A DNA stretch of 20,000 nt from Catajapyx aquilonaris (Eukaryota). The translations under genes were made by a program, and so were the position numbers. The notes beneath the pieces were generated by a model, which saw only the letters and a program-made list of their open reading frames with translations, was not told the origin of the DNA and searched no databases. Of this stretch, positions 1 to 11,123 are shown piece by piece. Numbering within the stretch: the first letter of the stretch is position 1; each line of letters starts with the position of its first letter. Location of the stretch: positions 170,496-190,495 of the forward strand of contig KZ537971.1 of assembly GCA_000934665.2 (NCBI GenBank). Direction: 5' to 3'.

Positions 1-798
1 TAAGTGCAAGAGTTAGTACACTGCCGTGGAAAAAAAGAGAGAGCCGTTTGAATGTACAACTCATGTAGTTGGCATCAATATTTGAGTGGTGGTGGATAAA
101 GTAGCGTTCTGGGGAAGGGAATAAAAGTCGAGCTTGTCCCGGAAAGGGGACAAATTAACGTGAGTCCGGCTGCGGCAACAAAACATCTCTTCGGGGACAA
201 ATGCTGGAGTGTGCGGCCGTGGCCATCCATCCTACTTTCCACGTGTAAAACGGCCGTGGAGCCAGCGCAAGAAGGACTGTCCATTCGTCTCCTAGGCCTT
301 TCCTTCCCTCTCCTCCTCCTTGCTGCCCCCCCATTCTACTATATATATAGTGTACCCTACTTCACTCAGCGGGGCTATGTCTCTGCCACCACGGCATTTA
401 CCATTTGCCTCCTTTTCTTGCACTTCTAACCGGGATTTATTATCGGGGAATTTTTTATGTGTGTCTCGGCTGAAAAGCCAGACACTGCGCTTGATTGCTT
501 TGCTGAATATTTTGCTCGCCATCTACATTGTTTAAAACTAATTTACTAATTATGTGTACCGTGGCCCTTAACACTTAATTTCGAAAGTGCACCCTACTGC
601 TAATTGAATGTTTTAATGCCTGCCTATCACCAATAGTGGTGTTTCTATTGTGGCTGTTCATAAAATATTCCATCAAGGCCAGCTTTAGAAATTAAATTAG
701 ATTTAGATGAACGCCCACGCACGCTTAGTCAGGATATACTGTATATAGTGTACCCAACATCATGCCATAGAACAACATACAGTAGAAGAATTCTACCT

Positions 799-984
799 CT
801 TTTTTTGCCAGTGCATTGTCTCAAATTGGGCCATGTGCAGTCCCCCAGGACAGGTTGCCAGACACCTCCAAGGTGCAGGTCAGAGTCCCTCCCGACGCAG
901 GTGAAAGGTAACTCCTAGACGGGGATCGAACCTGGGACCTTTCACTCTGCAAGCCGAGACGTAACCATCTTACCACACCTCCCC
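799..984 (-). mobile_element. tRNA-derived SINE (tRNA-Ala-like head), about 186 bp, with target-site duplication
   Basis: Minus strand reads GGGGAGGTGTGGTAAGATGG (A box TGGTAAGATGG)...CTTGCAG...GGTCCCAGGTTCGATCCCCG (B box), then an unrelated body and a short A tail (T-run at 800-806 on +). Flanked by GAAGAATTCTACCT (785-798) and GAAGAGTTCTACCT (985-998), a 13/14 match. The acceptor stem does not pair, so it is not a functional tRNA. Confidence 0.88.
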
Positions 985-3166
985 GAAGAGTTCTACCTTA
1001 TTTAGCTCAAAACTTTCAGCAGGGTTGCATGAATTCATGTATACCACGCCCCTGAAGGTACTACTCGAATGTATAGGCTAGATCACAGGTTTCCTTTCAC
1101 TTTATGACCAAACAACTCCATGTACCGAATGACCACGTTTTAACTCATTATATGACATGAGAATATCATGAGAAAACTAGGAATAATCATGGAAACTATC
1201 TCATTCAAACCCTCACATTGATTTTTTTTTCAAACTGTGCTTATATTTTTCCTCTCCCATGTTCATTTGAATTATGGAATTCATTGCGATTTTGCCTCAT
1301 TCAATAAATGGTAGGCCTCTTTACAAGCGCGAAAACCAAATTCCAAATTAATAAAACCATCCAACTAATTGCACAGCTAGTTATTAATATCAGAGTGCAC
1401 TCTAGCCACTCTATCATGGTAATGGTTTACCTAGCCGTCAATTGAACTTTCCATATCTAGTTTTCCCGAACATGGGCCGGACTCCAACTAACTGCAGCAG
1501 CAGTTCATTGATAAGGCCTGACACATTTAGAATTCTGATCTCCTATGAGAATCGCATTTGCAAAGATTTCCTGGGCTCGCTTCAGTGTTCCAAGCTTGTA
1601 AAATTATTATTCAAATAGTCAATAGAGGACTCTTCGAAAATATTCTGTTTCAGTACAGGATTGTAAATTAGTTATCTTCAATAAATTTAATTTCTCTACA
1701 TATAGCTTGGTGAAATATTTATTAGATGCTTGCTTTTCCCATTTCAACTTCAAACTCTGTTATCCTAATATGAATATTTCGACTTTAATCTGCACTTTTT
1801 TGGTGCTCATTAATAATGTCGAAAATTCACTGCATGCACTATAGTGTAGTTCCAACTCATAACCTTTTCCAACTAGGAGTATAGTCTGCGATGGAAAGGC
1901 AGAAATTAGAAAGAAACAACGTATAACAAAAATCATCATGGCATCACTTGCATTATCTCATATCGAAACTGCACCACTTTCTAAGTAATGTAATCCGTTA
2001 TGAGTTAACACAAAAAGATCAATATATGAGAATTAGCCCTTTACATCCGAGCCTGAAATGAAATCGTTACACTGGCATACAGGTCAAAAACCCGTGCCAC
2101 AGATCCGTACGTGTCATCCAAATGGGTCATTAGTCACCAGGCAGAACTCGAGCGCTAGACCATCTGAGAACCAGTGAATTTCCCAGTATTTTTTTTTTTG
2201 CCTGTCTCCCTCCCACACCCATTGGCCCCTACCCCCTTTTTCGGAAACAAATTTCCCTGTCGTTGTCGGCACCCTTCCTTTGCTGGACCCCAACACCCAC
2301 CAGATGATGTATTATAGAAACCGGGTGAGCCCAAGCGCTTAAAGATCCACTGCAGCTTTCTTTTTAATCGAGTGATCCAGAGCTGCCGGCGTCACCTTGT
2401 CACCTACTCCATCAATCACTTGCCCCGAAGAGAGAGAAAGAGAGAAAGGAAAGTAGAGAAGGAAAAAAAAACTCTACTTCTTCGATAAACGGCTGGGTAT
2501 ACCTCTCGGGCTGGCCCAATCCACCCAATCCTGGAGCTGGATCTTTCCAGATAAAGGAAAATATATATCTCAACCGGAGGATTACTTCAGCAAGTACAGC
2601 GCCAACTAACCGTGGGAATAAGTTTGTGTGGCCCGGGACAAATCCGGGTTTTCCAGCTGCAGGGAAGGGAGCCCGTCCCAACCCCCTTAGGTATACACGA
2701 AGGGACGCAAATGCCGAATAAATCCGATTGAGCGTTGGGAAGTTGGGTATTTCGCGAAGGGGAGGGGTAGGGGAGGGAAACACTGCCATGCAAACTTTCC
2801 GCCGGATGAAAGGGGTCCAAAGTATTGTTTTCCACTACCTCACTGAAATATCAATTCGAGTCGCAGCGATCCGGAGAGAACCCACCTGGAATACATTGCG
2901 GAAGGAATCACGTTCGCTATTCAAAACCAGATCTACCGCAGACAGAGTTCACTAACTTCTTCGGGCAACTGTGGACATACGTGACACTCGCTTTCAGCCC
3001 GTCCATTTATTTGTTTTGATAGGGAGCGTGGGAGGCGCTTCCAAACGGGGTTTCCCCCAAATCGCACTGGAGGGGTAAGCCTGTCGAGTTCAAATCTCGT
3101 CACAGATTCTCTGTGCAGGAGTTGTATTTTTTTCTAAATTCATATCAAACGTTTCAAGTATTTGAC

Positions 3167-3324
3167 AATGCAAAATATTCAATTTTATTAGAATGCAAAA
3201 TATTCAATTTTATTAGAATGCAAAGTATTCAATTTTATTAGAATGCAAAGTATTCAATTTTATTAGAATGCAAAGTATTCAATTTTATTAGAATGCAAAA
3301 TATTCAATTTTATTAGAATGCAAA
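3167..3324. repeat. Minisatellite, 25-bp unit AATGCAAA(A/G)TATTCAATTTTATTAG, about 6.3 copies
   Basis: Head-to-tail units start at 3167, 3192, 3217, 3242, 3267 and 3292, with a partial unit at 3317. There is a single variable position (A,A,G,G,G,A) and no spacers. Confidence 0.97.
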
Positions 3325-6300
3325 TGCAAATTGGTTAGTCAATCCACTACTTTGATATTAATGCTGTTTTTTTAAATGTCACTTGGAGTTAAAATGGAGC
3401 TATGAGTAGACACGAGGATTCGCCCTTCTATAGTACAGTGGTGAACTTTCGTCCCTTCGGTGCTTTCTTTGTCGGTCTGAAAAGGTCAAAACTACGTGAG
3501 AATAGGTCAGGAATATTGTCTGATGAATCGCACTTAGCTTCCGCCTCATTTCCCGGAGGTAAAGGACGATCGATTGATGGACATAGTTACACCCTGGGCA
3601 TGTTTGTTTTGCTCCTCCTGCAGTTGACACGCCTATTTTAGTTTATGGAGTCATGTAAAACCGCGAGGGCTGTGTGACATGCATATTTCAATTTTATAAC
3701 GGCCTATACATACAATACAGAAAGCAAAAAATAGTTTTCCCTACTAGGACCGAACAACTAGTTAAATATCCGTTCATGTTCCTACTTATTGAAACTACTT
3801 CACAGTTTTGTTACAGCCATCGTGATACTGTATTAACATCGTTCACGGCTTGAATTAGTAAAATTATTTCAATATTTCATCTTGGTAACTATTAATTCAA
3901 GTGTTCTTATGTGCTGCTAAAATGTTACGGATTTCAATACTTCAGAACTTATATGAAAATTAGAATAGTGTATTGGGAGGAAATTGGAAAATTAAACGTA
4001 AATTTTTCAGTAAATGATATGGGTCTTATGACTGCAAAAAAATTAAAAAATGGCTAAGGAAAGTAGTAATATATGCACAGACCTATTATAAAATTACAGT
4101 ACTTGGTACCATAGTAAGCTTTTTATAAAGTACCTAACATGCTTCCGTTGATCCCCAAAAGGTACGGTCGACAGGGTCTCTCCTCATTTTAAAAATTTCT
4201 CTGCAAAAAGCATGAGGGCTTGTAAAGTAGCTTTTTATGTACAACTAGTAAAACTGTTCATAATATTATGAAAATATAAACTACATGCACACACTTGATA
4301 TTTAGTCATTTCCTTACCATCAGCTTCATGCACACATTCCCCCCATTCAGCATTATGAAGTAGGCTAACTGAACTAAAAGGCTGGGGCTCGAAACCTTGC
4401 TTTTGAGGGGGAAAAATCATTAAAATGGAGCCCACTCTTGCAATATTTAATGAGCGTCCAACAGCCTACCAAGTTCTCTCTTTTATCAACAGACAAGGCA
4501 TGAACCAACTAATGACCTTATTTTATTAAACTACGAAGGCATCAGCTCTTATCCTGACTGGGAAGGGCTATCCAAGTGCCACTACTATTCAGAGGGAACT
4601 CTAACTAACAGGATAAAATATTTCAGGAGCGAAATATTGGCGCACAATAATCACGGCCGATTAATATTATCCGCATAATGATTTGAACCAGGACACTGCG
4701 TCTGCAAGAAGAGGGGGACGGAGGGGGCATGCATGGGGCGATTCGGTGAAAGAGAGATGGGGAGGAGATTGGGTGGAGAGGGAGGAAGGGGCTGGTGGTC
4801 TAGGCGCAAAATTCCTTCCTGTAGAAGCGAGGATCCGGGCCATTCCAACCGACCATTTTGGGTCCTAAGTGAGCCTGTCGAAAAGTTACCTCTCCATATC
4901 GACCTCCTCTCATGGAAAAGTTGGCGGCCCGAGAGAAGCTTCCTTCCATCCGCCCACTTGGCAGGGTATTCCCCCAACCCCGTTGTCCCCCCCCCCCTGC
5001 CTCCTCCCCTACCTCCTTTCTCCTCTTCCTACTCCTCCTCCCCCCATCCCCCCCATCACAACAGGCCTTTCCTGAACATGACAGAGCCCAGTAATATATG
5101 ACGGCTTTTAAGAGTCCTCTTTCAAATTTCCAACTAGTTCCCTCTTTCAGCTCCGACGGAAACAAAACTAATAGTAAGCCGGGAAATTAATCTGCTTTAT
5201 AACAAAAATACTACTCTTTTTATGCGGTTCGTGACAGTTTCTCTGGTTCGCCCATGACAAATCTCCAGAAAACAGACAAATCACATCCTACCCGCTTCTC
5301 CTTCGACCTATTCAATGTATGTTATGTTCACGTTAATAGTTCTGACATAATTCTTCTCGGGACATATGAAAAAGTTAATCTGATCGTGATTATTACGTTA
5401 CTTACATTTACTCGGAGGTGATGTGGTTGTCTGGCTGCGGCTTAAACCATTACGCTGGAGTGCTTCTCTATACTAGCTACACACTACAGTAATTACATTA
5501 TCATTTGTGGTATTGAAAATAATGGTACTACTCTATACTCTCAAACAAATGCATCATAATACTGGTATTACAGTGCAATTTTGTGCGTACTATCACCATG
5601 AGTAAATCACATATCTATTATACCAGCTAATTACAATGGAAACTAAACCACCCATTAATTTGGTTAAATTAATTATTATAATTACTTTCAATCGAGTTTT
5701 TGCTTCCCACAACACATGACTGTACGTGCCTCCTTTGATCCGGCCCAGTAAGTGTGTAATTGCAACACAAATAGAATGTATAGCACCGTTTCGGTAACGA
5801 GCTTAGTTGGAGATGCGAATCCGCGTATATGAGAAATGACGTTAATTCTGAATAGAAACTGAACCGTTCAATGCCAGAGGAGCTTAGCCTGTGCCGCTCA
5901 TGCGCTAAACCACGGAAAAGAAAAAAAAAAGGCACAAAAAAAGTGCTCCTGAGCCTAATAAGCGGAGGACTTAAGACGGGATTAGGCTCAGGAGGAAAGT
6001 GGCGCAGTTGGACGCAACTGCGAAGCTGAGTAATTGTGTTTGCGGAAGCAAAGATTTCCGGGGCTTTAATTTGCGAAACAAATCGGTTCGCTCCGGCAGG
6101 AATTTATCGATACAATAACTAAATCGGTGGGGGACTCGGAAAAGAGAATGGGAAGGAGGGGTAGGTGGGAGGGGGATGGGGATGGGGAGGGTATTGGGCG
6201 ACACGGAGGTCCCCAGAAAAGGCAGAAGGTCGTTTGCTTATAATTAATGGTGCCCTAAACAAGTCGAGTCCTTTTCAAGAGGCTTGTATTATAGTCCAGA

Positions 6301-7030
6301 ACATCCAGGCCGAGTCCAATGGAAGAGGATCCCGCCGGATTTCACAGTCTCAGCTGGGATTTTATCAGATTCTTTCCCGATAAAAACATGCCATAAAGTA
6401 TTGCCTTCAACATTAACGCATTACCCACGACGAAATCTGTGCCACCATGAAATCGGGCCCATATATTTCACCCCCACAATTCGTCCACTTGTCTTGATTG
6501 CTCCATTTCTGTCCCCCAGAATTAAGCGACGAGCCCATAGTGTTGTTCGCTACATGCATAAAAATGTCCTGATCTTGTTCTGAAAGTGTTTTGTTCCCCT
6601 ACTCGGTACGTGGGTACGTGCCATTGACAAGTGCGACTAACTAGTCCATATAAAAACCTGTAGCTAATTGAATCCTCCACAATTGAATGGAATCGAATGT
6701 ATAAAATAATCCCAACCCGTCGACATCCCCGCATCTACTCTAAATGATTTTCTGGTCTCCGAGTATGCACTCCCCACTTGAAGCCGGTTAAAATGAGATG
6801 GATCTGTGGGCCAACACAAAGGAATCCAGCATGATGTTAATGGAAACGTCACAACTCGTTTGAATCCGTAATGAGATTCTGTGTACTTTTGGGCTCCTCC
6901 ACGATTTTTGAGTGTAGAGGGGAAGTTGAAACGGCTTGGGAATTCCAGCTAGCTCGATTGTACGCCATTAGTCCCCGGATTGAACCCCGAGCGGCCATTT
7001 AGGACGACTCTATCCCCCCCTCTCTACTCT

Positions 7031-7093
7031 CATCCATCCATCCTATATATACCCCCACCCAAACCCATCCATCCATCCCATCCATCCATACAT
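7031..7093. repeat. Degenerate (CATC)n microsatellite
   Basis: catccatccatcc...cccatccatccatcccatccatccatacat. Confidence 0.75.
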
Positions 7094-10000
7094 GAGCGAC
7101 AAATAAAACCCAGCGCGGTAATAATCGATCGCGTCACGCTGAGTTGGATCCGGGTTGGCGTTCATCAACGGTCGTGAAAATGTACCCGAATTGCCCTTTA
7201 CTAATGGCTGTTACCTGCCTCCTGACCCATGCCCAGGAAATGGAACTGCGGTTGGTTACCCCTGGCCCCCCACGCCCTCTCAATGTTCCACAACCTTGAC
7301 CGAAATTTGCAAGGATTCTGATGGGAAACCCACGACCTTCCTTAACATGTGGTGCAGTAGGAGGGGGGGCACGATTTAATGCAAGTCATTACCTGAAGTA
7401 GCCTCATAACCGGCATACTCTGCGTGTACGCTGCCCATTGACATATCCAATTATCGTTCGCTCCAGGTGCTCTTCCCATTGTCAGCTGGTGCTTGATTGA
7501 GCATCAACAACTGCCTTCATCTCTTCATCTCTTGTGTAGATTATGCATTCATTGCAGGGATGATCACTTTACCATGATCACAATTTCAAGAGAGCATTTA
7601 CGCTGATTGAAGCAGATACTCCTGATATTACATCACCCCTACGCAGATGCGACCAACATTGTTCTTTGTTGATCACATTTTGCGCATAATGACCTGAAAA
7701 ACCTGATGTAGCATATATCGGCGTGAATGACCCTGTGTTATTGGTGTTACAAGCGAATTGGTTAAAAAAAGAGCTGCTGAATATGACATTTGCTACCTTG
7801 GTCCAGAAATGGCTATAATTAATGATGACATTAAGACGAGACGACATGAAGCTTCGGAGCTCACAAAAGCACTTACAAAAGTTGGAGAAACATTACAGGC
7901 AGGCCTACACGTCGTCTCTACAAAACTATAATAGAGTCGGTGGCCTCGAGTACAAAACATATTCGCAACAAATAAAAAGAAACGTCGAGGAAAATCACCT
8001 CACTCCGATAACGACGCCCTAAAGAGTTGATTCAGCGCCTGCAATAGGCTTATTATTGAACAGCATTAAAAAGTTTTCAAATATAAGGTTATAGTATCTC
8101 GCAGTGGTGCAGAGGAAACTATACAACAAGTAATTCTCCAGCCAGTTCCCAAAGCAATTTCACTATCTCATTGCTGCGGAAAAGGAATTCAGTACAGTGG
8201 TTATTACAAATGCCAGTGGATCTTCCCCATCGAAAGTGGAAGTGTTCCAAACGTGCTTCAAACATTTGCAAGCATTAAGCCAGGCACCAATGGAGCTCTT
8301 TGTCGGGAACACATCGCCTATCGGATTTGACTGGAAACGCTTCAACCCGACAACCCCCCCTTCTTTTTTTATATAAAAAAAAGAGAGTGGGACCACTGGG
8401 GGGTTGGTAGTTCATGCCTTCAAAAATGGCGCACAACTTCCAAGGCGGGGAATAAATTGATTACAGCCTCCTCCCCGCATACAATATCTCTCATATGCAA
8501 ATGAAGCCAGCTAACAAATCAAAGTGGAGGAGGCCATTTTCCGGAACTGCTGCAGATGAAGTGCACTTTTCCAGCCTCTGATTTACGACCGCTTGTTCTT
8601 TATTCCCGCAACTGAGCCGTATAAGCAAATATCCGGAGGGAAAGATTGGGTAATTTATTTTAGAAATTACAATAACGATAAGTGTCGCCGACGAATTGAA
8701 ATGTATAGGCTCGGTGCAGACATTTTATTTCTTGCGGAAGGGACTTGGCGTTCAAAATCACACTTCCGATAAAATTTATTTGCCTTCGCTTCTTCCGCCA
8801 CGAATATTACTGTGTTACATTACACCTGGGATGGTTTGACGGTAATTGACATATTCTCATCTTCAGCTTGTCAATTTAAAGCACGTTATTCTTGATGCAC
8901 ATTCATCACTTACTCGTACAAATGCTACTGATAAATTATCAGCAGCATAAATGACCAGCTTCTTTGAAAAAATATACATCACTATAAACAGCATACACTG
9001 CAGTTCCAAAATAAATGAACGTTTTTTGTTCCAGTTTTAGCGAGTCATTCTCTCCTCACGTCAGGGTGGAAAAGGATCAATCATTTACCAATATTTCCAG
9101 AACTTAGGATGTAACCTGAATTTAAATCACTGGATAGAAAAACCCGAACTTTCCTACCCTTACCCAGCCCTTCTTTTTTTTTCATTGGGTGTATACTGCA
9201 AAAGGCGCATTTCCTGGAGGCCTTGGCAAGAGTTAAAACGTTGACTCTGTAGAGATTGATTCCCAACGTCTCCATAGAGTCGGCTTGGATCCGGAAATCC
9301 TTTGGGATGCTGCAGGATAAGCTTCAATTTTCTCAGATGGGTATGCCTCCCTCTTCCCCTCCTTCCCCCTCTTTCCCTCCCACTATTCGCCCAATGCCTC
9401 ACTTCCAACTTACACCCCCCTCCTTCCCAAGTCCCCCTACAGCCAGACGCAGTTCAATATACAAAATACACCAGGAAGCCCCTGTGCTGATACGCTGTAG
9501 TCCCGGAAGTAATCAGGCATTCGTATCGATGCTGTCAGTAGCCCTCGACTGCCGCCTAGCGTGTTGTTAGAGTCAAAATTAATCAGTGCATGTCTACACA
9601 TGCCACATCAGGACACGTTATTAGTGGCACATTCCGGCATGACACACCGACATCTGACGAGCAGACCATCAGTTAACCTCCACCTAAGAAATCCAATCTG
9701 CAATCCATCAGACACCATTTCAAAACAGCGGCTTTAAAATTGGCATGGCAATGTCCAGAGCTGACCATCTCCAAAGTTCTAAAAAGTTGCGGAGACCTTG
9801 TAGCCCGGATTTTGTCGAGAGACGCGCATGGAATTGTGCAAAGTCCGGCAGATGAAGCAGCTGGTCCAAATGACCCGTGGCATAAATCACATTCATTAAT
9901 AACCCGCGGGTTTTGCGGAGGACGTTCCGCCCTAATGGGGATTTAATTGAGGGAGGCTGCGGAGCTGTAGCTTTACCATAAGAACTGAAGCACGTCTGCC

Positions 10001-10868
10001 TGACGACTATTATGCCTAGGCTGTACATGAAGGATCACCTGCAACCTCCCACCTGACTCCATGCACGATTCTCAGGTCCGTTTGTCTGCACCCCTTTTGC
10101 TCCGTGCACGTTTCAGGACATCACATGTCCAGGACATGTCCCTTTAGCCTCATTCATTTCGTCAGAGCCACGGTGTTGCCAGTGGCCTGCTTTGTGTCTT
10201 GAACATTGCCACCATGCCCAAGCAGGTGATGTTGCCTGGGAGATTCGAAACTTCATCTCCCAAAACTCCGTTACCAATCACGGAACACATCATTACCGAG
10301 TTGGTCTGACCCTATTCTGCTATGGGAAGTGGATGCTATGAGGTGACGCAGTCTGCAGAGGTGAAGGAAACGCGGATGGGAAAGTGAGGAAGTAGATAGG
10401 CACTTGTGGTGTGTAGTCATGAATAAGAAAGTATTCACCCTGCCGAAGACTGGAGGGTGCGTATCTTATTTTTTAGAAATCGATGACCAAAAAATTGCTA
10501 CTCCTACAAGCCAGGGAAAACCCAGGACAAAAATATACACACTGTGTTGATCCCCTTTGGCGTATGAATCACACGTCAGTTTGGATCAGTAGTGTGCAAT
10601 TTATTTTTGTAATTTGTTAACTCTGAAAAGGGCCCATCCATATACTCGGACACCGTGCGCAAAAATTCGATATTTCCCACCACACAATTCAGCATCACAT
10701 TCTGCCACGGACTTTGTACTCACCTGGATTATTATAGCATCACAGAGCGTAAAAGCTGAGCAACTTTAAATACTATCAGTTTGATATTTATATTCGTTGA
10801 AAAGTCGCCCCGAGAACCGGTTCCACCTCTCCGTGGTACAGTGCGACTAAAACTGATAGTTTTATTAA

Positions 10869-11123
10869 CATTGGAATCGTGACGTGGGGTCTTTTAGGAC
10901 TCCACCCATATTTTTATTTTTATTAATTTTTATATAATACTTTTCAATGTACTGACTATATGCAATCATTCTTTGAACAATGCCTAAAATGATCGCTAAT
11001 TCTAAATAAACATGCACTTCCTGTTATACACTTTTTAAAATGACAGAAGTTCATTATACCTATCATTTTAATGAATTTTAATTCCTTTGTGGTCCTAAAA
11101 GACCCCACGTCACGGTTCCAGGG
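10869..11123. mobile_element. piggyBac-type non-autonomous element (MITE), 255 bp
   Basis: 32-bp TIRs: CATTGGAATCGTGACGTGGGGTCTTTTAGGAC (10869-10900) versus the reverse complement of 11092-11123, CCCTGGAACCGTGACGTGGGGTCTTTTAGGAC (29/32). TTAA on both sides (10865-10868, 11124-11127). The right end finishes GGG|TTAA as in piggyBac, and the interior is AT-rich and non-coding. Confidence 0.88.

Noticed and set aside
912..984. Functional tRNA gene
   Set aside because: The acceptor and anticodon stems do not pair properly, and it is embedded in a TSD-flanked, A-tailed element, so it is a SINE head.
3167..3324. CRISPR-like array
   Set aside because: Contiguous tandem units with no unique spacers, no cas genes, and a eukaryotic context.
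3520..3560. Hammerhead ribozyme core (CTGATGA; also at 12125)
   Set aside because: No stem II followed by GAAA in the required position.
4381..4396. Isolated Pol III B-box-like motif (GGTTTCGAGCCCC, minus strand)
   Set aside because: No A box, cloverleaf or TSD could be identified.
4651..5165. Overlapping 108-122 aa ORFs (Pro/Gly/Arg-rich)
   Set aside because: Products of G- and C-rich low-complexity tracts, open on both strands, with no recognisable domain.
9256..9570. Proline-rich 104-aa ORF
   Set aside because: Driven by a C/T tract, with a non-ATG start and no family resemblance or supported splice structure.
10886..10906. Histone 3' stem-loop-like sequence GGGGTCTTTTAGGACTCCACC
   Set aside because: It is part of the piggyBac MITE TIR and there is no histone ORF upstream.
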